Positions 1 through 13,371 of a stretch of 64,000 nt of DNA are shown here, one piece after another. The stretch's first letter is position 1. Each line of letters opens with the position of its first letter. A program made the position numbers and the translations under genes. The notes beneath the pieces are model-generated. The model saw only the letters and a list, made by a program, of their open reading frames with translations, ran no database searches and was not told the origin of the DNA. The DNA is from Trichoplax sp. H2 (lineage: Eukaryota). The stretch covers positions 62,001 through 126,000 of the forward strand of contig NOWV01000120.1 in assembly GCA_003344405.1 (NCBI GenBank). Direction: 5' to 3'.

Positions 1-170
1 GCTGTAATACCATCGTAAACATTACTTAAAAAGCGATACGGGAGTAAAATCTCTTCTACCCGTTGCTGAACATTAAGGCAAGTATATTGTCCATTGCATA
101 ACTTTTTAGCTTCACCAAAATCCGGTGCATGTACTCGATAGTCATTGGTCTCCTCACATTCGTCAGCCAT
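1..170 (-). CDS. 5' coding exon of an unidentified gene, truncated by the window edge (MADECEETNDYRVHAPDFGEAKKLCNGQYTCLNVQQRVEEILLPYRFLSNVYDGIT...)
   Basis: ATG at 170-168 in an AAAATGG context. The frame is open to the window edge. A CAGTA island lies directly upstream, as for other genes here. Confidence 0.6.
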   Translation of the reverse strand, partial: MADECEETNDYRVHAPDFGEAKKLCNGQYTCLNVQQRVEEILLPYRFLSNVYDGIT

Positions 171-404
171 TTTATCTTACTACTAACCGAAGAGATAATG
201 GGAAGCAGCTACACACAGTAATCTAACATATAAATCGAAAAATGTTTCTGTCTAGATAGTCAAAGAATATGATCTTGGGATTGCTCTATCTTTTAGCTCA
301 GCTTTGCACACCGATGGCAGAATTTGTCCATGGGTGCATTGATTGCTTCAGCGTGGAGAGGCGACTGACACTACTTGCAACGAAAGTACAACTACGCATG
401 TGCT

Positions 405-635
405 GTATGTTACAGTGTACTGTATACTGTACTGTACAGTGTACAGTGCATAGTACAGTACAGTAACAGCTGTACAGAGTGCTGGACAGTATCGAGCGAT
501 TCAGTGGATTGTACAGTACAGGACAAGTGTCCATTATACAATATACAGTACAGTATTACACAACCACCATGATCGTACTACAGTATAATGTGCAGTACAG
601 TTAGCACATCGACTGTTCACTATATACAACATACA
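405..635. repeat. CAGTA/TACTG low-complexity island 1, upstream of the minus-strand gene at 170
   Basis: Dense degenerate tacag/gtac/tactg units, e.g. 'tacagtgtactgtatactgtactgtacagtgtacag'. Confidence 0.85.
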
Positions 636-643
636 GCTATTTT

Positions 644-1595
644 ACAAACCTTAAATGTTATTTAGCATACATACCTAGACCTTTACATTGATCTGATATC
701 TTATCACCATTCTTACTTCGTATTACTATTACTATTGCATTGATAGTCTGTACAGACATTGAATTGAAAAATCAAATTCACAATTTACAGCTAATCATCA
801 TCGAAGTAAAGCTACGAAACAATGGATTGAGACGTCTTTGACTTCCATACGCGTATAATCGTGAAGTATAGTTTCACATGCGGAATAAGTAATACGCCTC
901 AATACGAGCTCGAGGACTCGTTGTACATAGTTGCACAAAGATCTTGGAGAGTGTCCGATACTGCATCCCAAATTTAACTATTTCTCAGTCTCGGAAATTT
1001 CAAACTGTTACTCTAAACGATTAGCAACTATAGTATTATTAAAGTACATTAATTCAATAACACCANNNNNNNNNNNNNNNNNNNNACAAACCTTAAATGT
1101 TATTTAGCATACATACCTAGACCTTTACATTGATCTGATATCTTATCACCATTCTTACTTCGTATTACTATTACTATTGCATTGATAGTCTGTACAGACA
1201 TTGAATTGAAAAATCAAATTCACAATTTACAGCTAATCATCAGCGAAGTAAAGCTACGAAACAATGGATTGAGACGTCTTTGACTTCCATACGCGTATAA
1301 TCGTGAAGTATAGTTTCACATGCGGAATAAGTAATATGAAGAGAAAGCTAATTCTGCCACGCAATACTTCATTTCTATTTTCTTCACACTATTGTAATTG
1401 TTGTGTTGTCGCGTACTTGCTGTACGCCTCAATACGAGCTCGAGGACTCGTTGTACATAGTTGCACAAAGATCTCGGAGAGTGTCCGATACTGCATCCCA
1501 AATTTAACTATTTCTCAGTCTCCGAAATTTCAAACTGTTACTCTAAACGATTAGCAACTACAGTATTATTAAAGTACATTAATTCAATAACACCA
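644..1595 (+). repeat. Near-identical direct duplication (644-1065 and 1086-1595) across a 20-N gap; probable uncollapsed haplotypes
   Basis: The copies match apart from about 4 substitutions and an 88-bp segment (1335-1422) present only in copy 2. Both copies abut the gap at 1066-1085. Confidence 0.9.
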
Positions 1596-2469
1596 TCTAC
1601 TGGTATCGGATTGACCATCAATCGTATAATCACGTACAGTACAGTACGTTACTAATGCAGATAAGCAATCCTGTATACTAGGTACAGCAGAATGCAGGAG
1701 ATAGAGTATAAATATTATGAAACATGAAAACCCGATACGAGCTAATTCAAATTTGATAATTAGTTTCCTGAACTATTTCTCACAAACAGTATTATCAGGA
1801 TAAATCATAAAAGTGCAGAAGTATAATTTAGATTTATTTAATTTAATTTGTGATAATATTTTTCCATTTATAAAATGCAGTTGTCAAAGTTTGCGTAAAT
1901 TCTTTTAGATTATCATGCTCATGCATAACTTGTCTAAATTGCATTAACATACATAGCAATCCCATCATGGTCTACACAAGGTTCGTACATATAAATTAGA
2001 TAAAACGCTTCATACATATGCAATATCACAGCACATACAATTCGATAAATCCTGGAATTACCACAATCACAATGAAATCGAGTATTTATTTGTGTTACCA
2101 ACCTACTGTGATATATCTAGCAAAGCCTGAAGTGTCACACGGTTAAATTAAAATAATAATCTTCATCAAGTATTTCCATTAGAAGTAGCAAAAAGCACAT
2201 ATAACATTATACTAATATTATGATCAAATGATTTCTATCCATCCATGAACATTTCTGTCAATCTACATTATGTGCACACAATCCGTCAAATCCCATCACG
2301 AATTTATTGATCAAATGGTGACCCGTGCATACGTACAATCCATCAAATCTTCATCGACGAAATTTAAAGCTATCATTAATTTGATGCTCTAAGTGTAAAT
2401 CAACAAAAGAATTGCTAGAGTACGCTGCATAATAGAATAAGAATTAGCTTATATTTACTTTCAAATATT

Positions 2470-5400
2470 TTATTTATAATCGTATTTGTCGTATTTGCTG
2501 AAGGTATTGACGCGATTTCGTGGTAATTCCCCAAAAATATCGGTACTTTTCTTACTGATGCTATTTGCGATAGCCTTCATACTTTCGGCTATATTATCAT
2601 GCCTTTCTGGTAACGGCTAAAAATAGATAAATTGGTCACTATCGCCTTCATATTTCAAAAGTGACTGCTATGTTACTAAGAATATATTTAGCTATAACTG
2701 CATTATTACGTACTTCAATGTCAATAGGCTTCTTCTGACTGCGTTCTAATAAACCTATATTTATTGGCAAGGAATTTGCACAAGGCCGACTTATAGAACG
2801 CAATCGAGTAGCTGGTAGCCCAACAACTACATTTTCAACTTCTTCGGACAAACTATTATCTGTAAAAAAAGAACATAGAATGAGTAAGCTACTGATTCAA
2901 TTTCATAATATTTCTCTGAAATCACAACTCTCTTTTATAGTGACTCCACAAACCGTCGCTATGGCTATTACTGTTGCTAGATAAATCATCCGATTCGCAT
3001 TGCATAGGCTTTTCGATGGTAGTATCATCTTCATCCATTGCAAACAATGCATCAGCTACAGTTGTTATAAATTCATGAAATTAGTTTACAGTTAAATTTA
3101 TTTATCAATATCTTAAAAATGAACATACGATCTTCGTCCTGGTAACCACTAGTATTCATTTCAGGTACATTATTTTGACGACCGGCAGATCTCTGTAGAA
3201 ATTTATAGTAAAATAAGAAATTCTAACGTACCCGTCACTAAAATCTCAAAAGTTCTTACCCTCGACGTCTGAGATAAATAGGAACTAGTTTTGTCATCAT
3301 TCCAAGGCTTTTTCTGCTTCCATTGAGATCGATTGGCTATATTATCTATATTATGATGATTATGACTATTGTCTTCGGTTATATCATCAGCTACTGGTAA
3401 CTCATCGCCATCATCTTCTAACATTGCATCTGAAATATTGCTTTCAATATCTTCACCAGTGGCATTAATGACAACTCTATGAAAATGAAAAATTACGGTA
3501 AAGAACTTGTTTAGTAAGTGTTTGTACAGAAAACTCTTAATAAATTTTCAGGAAATAGCTATGACTAAATTCTCACTTTCGCAGAGAGGCTTCATGGCTT
3601 TTTATCAGCACCTTCAATGCAGTGTATTCTGCTTTCTGTTTTGCAATATAAGAGCTGCAATGTACAGTTAATAAGTCAATAAGATAGCATCGCTTGTAAA
3701 TTATCAATTACTTGAGCAAATCTATAGATATCAACGTTTAAATACTTGCATGCTTGCAAGTTACGAAATACTATCATTGTAATAACTTTACACTACAAGT
3801 CTATCGATAGCATTTGCAACTACATACTTGATTCTTTCCTTCATAGCATGTTCCTCGACTTCCAAGTACTTTTGTGAAATTTTATCAATAGAATTGAATA
3901 CAGATCGAATTTTTTCTCCAAAAAGGACAGCTCTTGAATCTATAATGTGTGAATAATACTTGGTAAGATTATCTATACGAATACTATTTTACTACTACCG
4001 ACGCGATTCTTGAATATTATACGATATTGTAGCTATATCAATAAATCTGATCCAAAATTTACATAATGCATATACTCGTATATACTGTGCATAAAATTTT
4101 CTGCTTAAATTATCTAGCATACGAATTGATTTAAATCGGAACAAGTATGCTGTAACATACTGTAGATATCTTAAAAGTTTCTCGTACGTAAAATTTTACT
4201 CGCATAAGTAATCAGAAGCTAAAGCAAATTAAGCAAGCATTATTCGAAATAACTACTATGGCAGATTCTTTACTATTGTAATTACAGTCCTCTATATAGT
4301 TTCATTATTAGTCCTTATCCATAATAAATCTGAACAGTTGAAACGTCATAACAAAAGAGTAAGAATATGCGATTTAATGCGTATCCAGTAAATAATAGAA
4401 TTATAAATTTAATCTTTACATCATTAATCGAGAATTTGCAGAACTCTACCCACTGAATCCTATTTTAATAGTTTCTGGGTCATGTGCAAATATATTTTAT
4501 TTTAAGTAGGTGCTCAATACCTATTTCTACTGTAGACCTTACACAAAATACGAATACAACGTACTGGTAAAAAGTTTAACTATTTCAGGTATTAATATAG
4601 TAAATGACAACTGTAATGTATGATGCAGATAGTTAGCGAGCTATATGTATAGCGATATAAGTTATAAGATGAATGTAATCCTATCGTAACATTTTAGTTA
4701 GTTTAAAGACCTTGTGTTATACGACTCGGAAAGGACTTACGGGTATACGAGAGATTTATTACAAGAAAAATAATAATTTCACATAGAATCGTTAAATCTA
4801 TATACTCCAAACTTACCGTTTGGTTCTGTTCCGTTTCTAAGGCCAATTTTAATACGAAACGCCGGACAAAATCTCATCTTATCCGACTTTGTGGCAGCGA
4901 CCTCATCGAAAGGCTAGTATAAATAAAAAACAATATTTCGGATCATAAGTAGAGTAAAGGCAAATGAAAAAGTGTAAATGAGGAAAAAGTTTCGTACGGG
5001 TACAATCCTAAACATAATAGTGCAGTATTACTCGTTTCGTGTTAATTTTTAATTTGTACAACACCCAAAGAAGTATTCACTTTATTTATCTAGTAAAAGT
5101 GACCCAACTTTTAATTTGAGAGATAGCAGTGTACTTTAATTTAGGTAATTCCAAACATTTAATATACATTTACACTCCAACCAGATAGCATTACTTTTCA
5201 ATTGAATAAAAAAGCTCACAATTCGCCGCAGAGATCAACACAGTCTTGTACTATATTGGTTGCGCTAAACAATCTCGTAGTTGATAGAGGTTTACATTTT
5301 ACCTATTCTATTAGCTACAAATTATCATCAAATAATATCATACCTGTAATTCTCGAGTGGCCAGTACCATATCTAAGCCAATGCGAGAGTGAATTGCATG

Positions 5401-7309
5401 TGTATCTGTATTGCAATTGACGCAACTACATATGATCCATTCCTTAACGGCTCTTTGCCGAACTAGAAATTTATGTTCCTGTAAAGCCATTTGAAAATAA
5501 CATCGGTGATCAAGATTGAAAATATCTTTTATCTAGGAGTTCCGTATTATTAAGTAAACTCATTATTGCAGTACTTTTATCCTTTAAGAAGACAATGTAA
5601 GACAATTTCCGAACCATATTACTGTACAGTACAGTAAGGCACTCAGTGTTATATCTATATAGATCTGATACGTATCGTCTGTAAAGTTCATAGAAAATGA
5701 TCAACGGAAGCAAACATTGGGAGTAAGCGTAGATGCACCGCCGTACTGTACTTTACGTAGGTGGTCCACAACAACAAAATATTTTTCTTGCAGTAGTTGC
5801 GGATGCACATTTAAGTAAACACAATCTCTCATTCTATATCACCAGTTCGCAGTTACACCTAGTCATTTACAGTTCGCTGATACAAAATCTACCGTACACG
5901 AAGAATACAGCATGAATGACGAGAGTATACAAAATGTTGCTACAACTAACGATTAAGGCAGAAAACTTACGAAAGAGTACTGTATACATAGTACTCGTAG
6001 TTCATAAGATATCGTAATTTAACCCCTCTGCGGAGTCTAGCTCTAAGGCCTTCTGATCGAACTGTACGCTCGAAGTTCGGTTATCTAATTGATGTACTAT
6101 AATGTCCTGATACAACTACGCATAACCTTTATCGCAACAGGAGTAATAATACCAACGTCGTCGTCTACTAGTAGCGATTTTATAGTTTGTAAAATCTTAA
6201 TCTTCAAATACTGTGATGGAATAACTGCACTGCACAGACTACACAGATAATCATAATGTCTCTGGCCATACGACCATGTACATTGTACAGTACTGTACTT
6301 CTTTTATACGTAATAATGCATCCATCATTCACGATCGCATAGGAAGGATGTTTATTAGCTGGCATGCCGCTACCTCTACCCGATGCAGCTTATTCTGGAT
6401 GCAACAACTTGTATTGAAATTGTAGCAATAATAATGTCTGACTGATAAGATCCAATCTCGATGTATTATAGAAACGTTAAAACAATACGTACTAAGTTGT
6501 ACATTTTTAAAAGTGCAATCGAACGAGAAGTCAAGAATAGAATCTTTGCATCAGTGGGCATACAGTATAAGAAATAGTCAAGGCCCGCATACGATAAGAC
6601 TTACGATTGACCTATATACATTTACTTCAACAATTCCAAAATATTCTGTGAATGGCAGTACTTTAAATCCGTGGGATATCAATCTATTTGGTCAAGTGTC
6701 CAACAGCGTAGCAATGAAAAGTTATCTATCATAGCATAATATTTATTTATCATTCGCTACGTCTGCCGGTTTACATTAAAGCAAATGCAGTACTGTACAG
6801 TACAATTATTGTCAGCTTTGAATGCTAATACAACGTCGATTCCACCTCTGGGAAAGAAGATAACAGACGGAAGAAAATTCATGCGAGTTTGGGTTCTAGG
6901 TGTTAAATCGTCATTTCTCAATCGCAGTACGAACCTCTTTTTATCACCTGTATTGAGTAAAAGCAAGTACACAGTACGGACATATAGTATAGTCATCCGA
7001 TAGGAGAAAGTAGGAATATGGAAATTGGTCTAAGCTTGAAATCCATGCAAGAGTATTTGCAGTAACATGTTGGACTGACACTATGACACATTTTCAAAGC
7101 AAAGTTGGACTAGCCAAAGGCAAATCCATCTGCAATGTACATTTACTTTTGCATACCTGATTGATACCTCCCAAGTTTAATTTTATTTGATCCAGTGGTT
7201 GATTGAAGAACTTATCTTTATGCTTTAACTTCTCCATTGTATCAATAGCTTGCTTTTCTCGCCAATGGATAGTAATATTCAAACACTGACAAGTTAGCTT
7301 TTTGGCCAT
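2470..7309 (-). CDS. AKT1S1: PRAS40 / proline-rich AKT1 substrate 1-like mTORC1 inhibitor, 10 exons, ~416 aa
   Basis: Exons 7157-7309, 5344-5478, 4817-4913, 3828-3939, 3577-3654, 3260-3476, 3129-3192, 2954-3055, 2714-2859, 2470-2616; all GT-AG and phase-consistent (1251 nt). Motifs: TOS-like FAMDE (cf. human FVMDE), ANSLPINI (cf. AKSLPVSV), and C-terminal IAESMKAIA...IFGELPRNRVNT with an Akt RxRxxT site (cf. FGDLPRPRLNT). Confidence 0.85.
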
Positions 7310-7723
7310 CTTGAATTGCTACTTTCCTACCGTCTACAATGAATTAATCAAAATACGTGTCTACAACGAGGTCATTAACTCGCTTTCCCCCACTTTACGT
7401 CCAACGACGTCAATGGCAAAATTGCTTAAGCCCAGCGGCGGAAATGTCAAGGGTAGTACCAACAAGAGTACGGGCACTTTGAAAGCAACCAATAAAGGTA
7501 AAATAGACTGCTGAAATGGGTAATCAACTCGTTGAACTACTATCAGCTAGCGATTGGAAGGCAATTGAAGGTATTCGAGGGGCTAACTTTGCCAACCAAT
7601 GGACAAAATGATCTCAGTGAAATTTGCAGTGAAAAAAAAAAATTTTCAATTGCAGTTACGTCGTCGACTGCCCGCTAAGTCCCATATATAAGAACAAGTC
7701 TTAAAAATTTGGGGGGGGGTTTT

Positions 7724-7895
7724 ATACTGACTGTATTCCCCCTATACTGTACTGTAGTATAGTACTGGTCCGTCTACACTGTACGGTACTGTACTGTACT
7801 GTAGAACACCGGTGTCTTTGTGTACAGTACTGTACAGTACTGCTGACGGTGGGGATTTCCTTGCAGTTTACAGTACAGTACTGTAGGAACTTACT
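7724..7895. repeat. CAGTA/TACTG island 2, upstream of the PRAS40-like gene
   Basis: 'gtactgtactgtactgtag', 'gtacagtactgtacagtactg' about 400-600 bp 5' of the ATG at 7309. Confidence 0.85.
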
Positions 7896-9726
7896 GTAAC
7901 ATTGCGCCCGCGCAGTGTCACAGCGCATCCATCACAAAGCATGTGACTCTCATACGACCATCACTCACCTCTAAACGATGTCGTTGAGAGTCGGTCAGCT
8001 TAGTGAAATCATACTGAATTTGCGCAGTGGAGCTGTACAATACTGCCTCGATCGATGACCAGCAGGCTTAATGAAGTAGATTGCCAAGCGATGCAATCCA
8101 TCAATCAATACATTGGCTCATTAAAATCAATTTATTAGTCATGATTATTTTGAGTCTTGCTAAAGAAGAAAAAAACAATGTTATACGCGTACAGTATTAT
8201 CATTGTCATGTCTACTGGGTCCCAAGCAAGGACTACTGCAAACGGCAATCCTTTTTTTTCTAGTAGTCCATGACCGCTAGACTTGAAATGGACTGGAGAG
8301 AATGCGATACCCAGATACCCAGTAGTCTAGAAATTCCAAAATGAAATCCTTTCGTCATGACAAGAACTTATCGGAGATGCAGTATGCCAATAACTTTGAA
8401 TAACCTGCCAAACAAGATGACATTATATTGGCCATCTTTCAATGATGTAGTTTATATTCAAGATGTTACAGTTGATGTTTAGTGCATGCCCTGGACACGA
8501 ATCATATATTATAATCCGTCAATGTTATTGATAAATATTATTGTTATTAATTGAGCGTCTACTCCTTCAAGATTTATCTTGGCATGGAAGGTTATCCTTA
8601 TTGGCATAGTAGTTCAACTTGTAAGGACAGACACCCAACAGAGCCAGTAAGAAAGATAAAATTGAGCAAAGGCAACATACATCTAATTTCAGAATCTTTG
8701 AATAATTCAATTTTTATTGCTTGAACAATCTTGGTAATAAAGATATTGTACGAATACGTATATCAATAAATGTCAATGATGAAGAAATTAATAAATAATT
8801 GATTATTTTCATCAATACACGTACATCTGTTAGATAACTCGACTGAAAGTCAAGAAAGTAGACTAGTACTGTACATTACTCTTGGGTACAATATTACAAT
8901 CCTTTTAACAATAATAATTACAATAACGATGAAACACTTGAGTCAAAGCCCACATATTATTATTTATTTTTTAATCGTACGATTTGGCATGTTGACCAAG
9001 AAGTGAAATGGCTTAATACCGCTATTTGGCAACTAGTTGACTTATTCTATATAATAAACTAGGCACAAATAAGCAATCGTAACAAGATTTGATCATTTAC
9101 TCAATTTTTTTCATAAAAAAAAAAAGACAAATATAAGACCGCGGCTGAACGGGAATATTAATGCAAGCAATAAAGATAACATGAAACAGTGCTAGAAGCC
9201 TATAATAGAAATAAAATTCTAAGAGATTGAAGTATACAAAGGTAGGTAAAGATGATTACAACCTTTCAAGGAATTTGTTGATCAACTACAGTACTAATAC
9301 TTTCAAAAATGATAAAACGCATCGAAGCGGTGAACGATGCACAATTGAATAGTCATTTACACTTAGTCACTGTAGTGGCGTAAAAATTCTGTATCCTACA
9401 TCGTTCTTACAGATATTTTAATTTAATCTATATATAAATTGATGTTGTATAGAGTAAAAAACAAAAACAAAGATTCATCAATACATTATCTACTGTACGC
9501 ATACAAACGTATATATGCTGCACTTATGTGTACATGTAACCACATACAAATAATCTTAGGTATTTACTATTAAAGTAATAATTTAATTTAAATTATTTTT
9601 TTACATCAAAATTAAAATGGTGCCTTCGTCTCGATGATTTAGCGATCAATGTAATAATAACATACGTATATTTGGCAATAGAACATTAGAGTAGAAATAT
9701 AATTACGGTAATATTATTATTTATTA

Positions 9727-12700
9727 TCATGCTTCAATACTAGCACTTGATGGAAGCGGTAATGTACCATTAATTTCAGTAGTATTTTCGGGAATAGGTG
9801 GTAAAATTTCTGATTCATATATATCATCATCGGGCACATCCACAATACTACGCACTGTTGTGATAGTCGTTAATGATTCACGTCTTGAATCATGACTAGC
9901 ATTCAATCGATCAATGTAAGCTTGTAATGTTGGCGGTGGTTGAACCACACGATTAGCACCATCTCGGTTTAATTTTTTGTTGCCGTTGCCGCGTGAATCT
10001 TTCCTTCTTTCTCGACCATGCACCGGACTGACTCTTTTCGTACCTGCTCTAGGATGTGTGGTTGTTTTATTTGTGGCACTTAGCGTTGAATCAGTAGATG
10101 ATATTCTATCGAATCCTGAACTTGACCAATCTGGTCGTTCGGACTCATTAGCTAATGTAGCATCGATTGCCTTGATTTTCATCTTTTTAGGCAATTTAGC
10201 TTGTGCTTGAGCGTGATTGTAGTACAACGAGAAATTATTAACGATAACAGGTACCGGCAGAGCAATGGTTAATACTCCAAAGATGGCGCATACTGAACCA
10301 ACAATCTTACCCATCGTAGTTTTAGGTGCGATATCACCATAGCCAACTGTAGTCATTGTAGCGATAGCCCACCAGAAGCCTTCAGGTATACTATAGAATT
10401 TATTATGATATGAACCTTTCTCGGTGTAATAGATTATTGTAGAAAAGAAGAGAACTTGAATAGTCACGAATATAACCAGTAAGAGTAACTCTTTCCAACT
10501 ACTGCGCAACGTATGATACAGAATTTTTAATCCAGTTAAATGCTTCGATAATTTAATTATTCTAAATAGACGTACTAATCTGAAAAAGCGAATAACTTCA
10601 GAAAACGTTAGTACTGATTCTGGTATCGAAATATACGCTGGTGAGGTAGACGTTGAATTATTAGTAATATTGCTAGCCAGTGATTCTATCGATGTGCGTG
10701 ATACCGTTGTGGCTGCAGCAGTAGCATTACGAATGATGGCACCTTGGATGACACGAGATAGCGCTAAATTGATATAGAAGGGGATCAATGCTAACAAATC
10801 GATTAGGTTCATAAAACTCCTGAAAAAGTATCTAGGATCTGGACAAACGGCAAAGTGTACTATGAATTCGAGAGTGAAAAATGCATTGCAAATATAATCC
10901 ACAACCAGTATTGATAATGAAGGGAATAGCTGCTTTTGTATACGACTTGCATTTGTAGTAAGGATGCTAATATTTTCCTCATATGTAATATTTGTATCCG
11001 GTTGCATGGTTTCCAAGCAGAAAACGAGGATGGAAACGAGAATTAAAAACAGTGAAAAGATGGCTAAAATCTAAAAACGAGAAAAAATACATAAATAAGG
11101 ATTAAAGCATATTTTAAATTTAGCGTAAAATAAGCGAAAATGAGACAGGAACTATCACGAAATTGGCCGAAATATGGATTCCCTCATGTGAAATTATCCA
11201 AGGCTATTTCCTCTTACAAATATCGATAGCTAATTGTATTTGTTTTACTATTTGTACAGAATGTTTTAAATTATCGAATAACACGCTGTCTTACGGTAAC
11301 GTGGCAACATACTGCAGTCTTGCGAATGTTGCTTCAGATATACCTATACATTAGCTTACTCCTTTAAAATATCCTGAAATTATTATTCATTAAGCGATAG
11401 AATAGAATCGCAAAGGAAATAAAGAGATTAGTCTCCAACGGTGAAATTTTTAAGAAATCACTTTCTTTCGACGTTTAGCGCTGAGTACTGTACGGCGTAG
11501 GGTTATTATTTTCGTTCTTATCCTTTGATGCGGTACTTGTTGCAAGTTTTAATTACTTCAAATTTTTACTCTACGCAAATCTCCCTTACTCTTACTGACT
11601 CTCTACAGTGGCCTATGTACTTCTTTTTATATATATTTCTTGATGCCGTACTTTGTAATGAGTTTAAGTACCTCTAACATTTTACTCCATGTAAACTGAC
11701 TCGTACTCCTGCTTACTCTTGAAGCTGTACGAATATCATAAAACATCACTAACTAAATAAATAAATGCCTACAGCAAGAACAGCAGAGAACTATTACAGC
11801 ACCAGATTCTGTTTGCTGAAGGCGTCTACTTTGTCTTGTATTCTAAAATAATCAACAATTTTGCAATGAATCATTCCGTATACAATATAAAACTTTTAAT
11901 TTGATATTAATGCCTTTGGGTATAAAATGAATAAATCTATACAGAAATTTACAGTTCTTTATTTTATGCAACAACAGCCCTTTTATAGAGATAGCGAGGA
12001 ATTCCTTTCTACCCAACAAAATGAAATATCCATTCCGAATACCAAAGACTGCAGCGGACTTTTGACTGTTTATTAAAGGATAGAATATACATGGTGCTGT
12101 CGAAAATATTGCTATAAAAATCTTAATTAAAGAAAAAGGGAAATTTACGTTGATGCGGTAGACGGGAAATGCTGACGATGTAGGCGTAAGACTAGTTATA
12201 GCCCTGCACGAATTATGCTAAGCCGCTTGGGTCGGTAAAGTTGCAACCATATAAATGCAGACTAGCTAGTTTTATGTGTATGATGTTGTCATGCAGGAAT
12301 TTTAGTTGCCAATTCAAAAATCCTATCAATACCACTTACAAGGCCCATTTTGACCGGTCTATCTGCTCTTTGTCTCTCTCAAAATGTATTTTTTATAGTT
12401 ATTATTACGGATAAATGATACCGCAGAATCTGGATTTACTTAAATAAGATTGGATTCGAATTCCATAACAAGAAAATAATTGACTTTGCTTTGGAAACGC
12501 TAGATTTGAACATTAAAATAAGCCCGATTTGAAATACATAGAAATGGTGACTGTAATTAAAATTTTCAATCCTTGAAATAGATCTGCCCTTTTAATACAA
12601 TCTAATCGCATTTAAAACTGTAAGCTAATTGTACGGTTGTCTAGTCAATTTGGAAGGAGAAGGGGGACAAAGAAATAAATCTTCCTTATATAGTACTATG

Positions 12701-13371
12701 ATAATGTAATCGATCGAACTTACTTTAGCAGACCGTGATGAGTATGGGTCATCGACGAGCTTCCATAACTTAGGCTTTAATTTCTGCCATCGCGTTTGAC
12801 GTCTATTTTGTATACGATCAAAGAAGGTTTCTTCAACATCTCTTTCTTCCAAATCATCGGTTTCGTAAAATTCAATGTTTCTTAGTGTATCTTTAGCGTC
12901 GCGATGCTCACGATAACTTAACCAACAACATGCCTCAATTTGATTTTCGTCGATACCCCAATAATTTAATTCTTCTTCAAAGAGCGGACCGCATACATTA
13001 GACGGTTTATGTAATTTACCAGTACGATAATAATTTAAAATTGCAGCAAATACATGAGGATGACGATCAAAAAAATATTCATTTTTCTCTGGATCATAAT
13101 CTGTAGTATTCTTTGAATTAGTATCACATAGCCAAGACAATCGTGTATCAGGCAATTTCTTTAATGTTGCCCAATAAGTTTCATGGCGTGTACCGCCACA
13201 ATTGATAGTAATGCGCTCTTTAGCCGAAGCCGATACCGACGCCTTAAATGATGGCCTTCCAATGCTACCATCATCACCCGAATCAACTTCTCTGACAGAA
13301 GTTGAGGCCTCATCGCCGTGATAAGTTAGTTTACTATCACGATGCGAGAAGCCTTTCGAGCCGCGCTTCAT
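9727..13371 (-). CDS. KCNC: Shaw/Kv3-family voltage-gated potassium channel, 2 coding exons, ~663 aa
   Basis: Exons 12724-13371 and 9727-11070, phase 0. T1 domain ([24 protein letters not shown], Zn site HKPSNVC...ACC), S4 [17 protein letters not shown], pore TTVGYGD, gate PVPVIVNNF. Confidence 0.95.
11527..11720 (+). repeat. Degenerate two-copy direct repeat (~115-bp period) in the Kv3 intron
   Basis: 'tgatgcggtacttgttgcaagttttaattacttc...ttttactc' at 11527 vs 'tgatgccgtactttgtaatgagtttaagtacctc...ttttactc' at 11641. Confidence 0.55.

Noticed and set aside
269-572. Short Cys/Thr/Val/Tyr/Gln-rich ORFs here and at 7722-7928, 21728-22191, 30061-30630 and 58929-59253
   Set aside because: They are translations of the CAGTA/TACTG repeat (YSTVQ/CTVLY patterns), which is stop-poor in several frames. 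There is no protein-like signal.
9977-10210. Antisense ORFs over Kv3 (9977-10210) and FoxN2/3 (35817-36128), and an alternative-frame ORF in DUSP (49883-50191)
   Set aside because: Shadow ORFs of real coding exons, mostly with non-ATG starts and no independent motifs.
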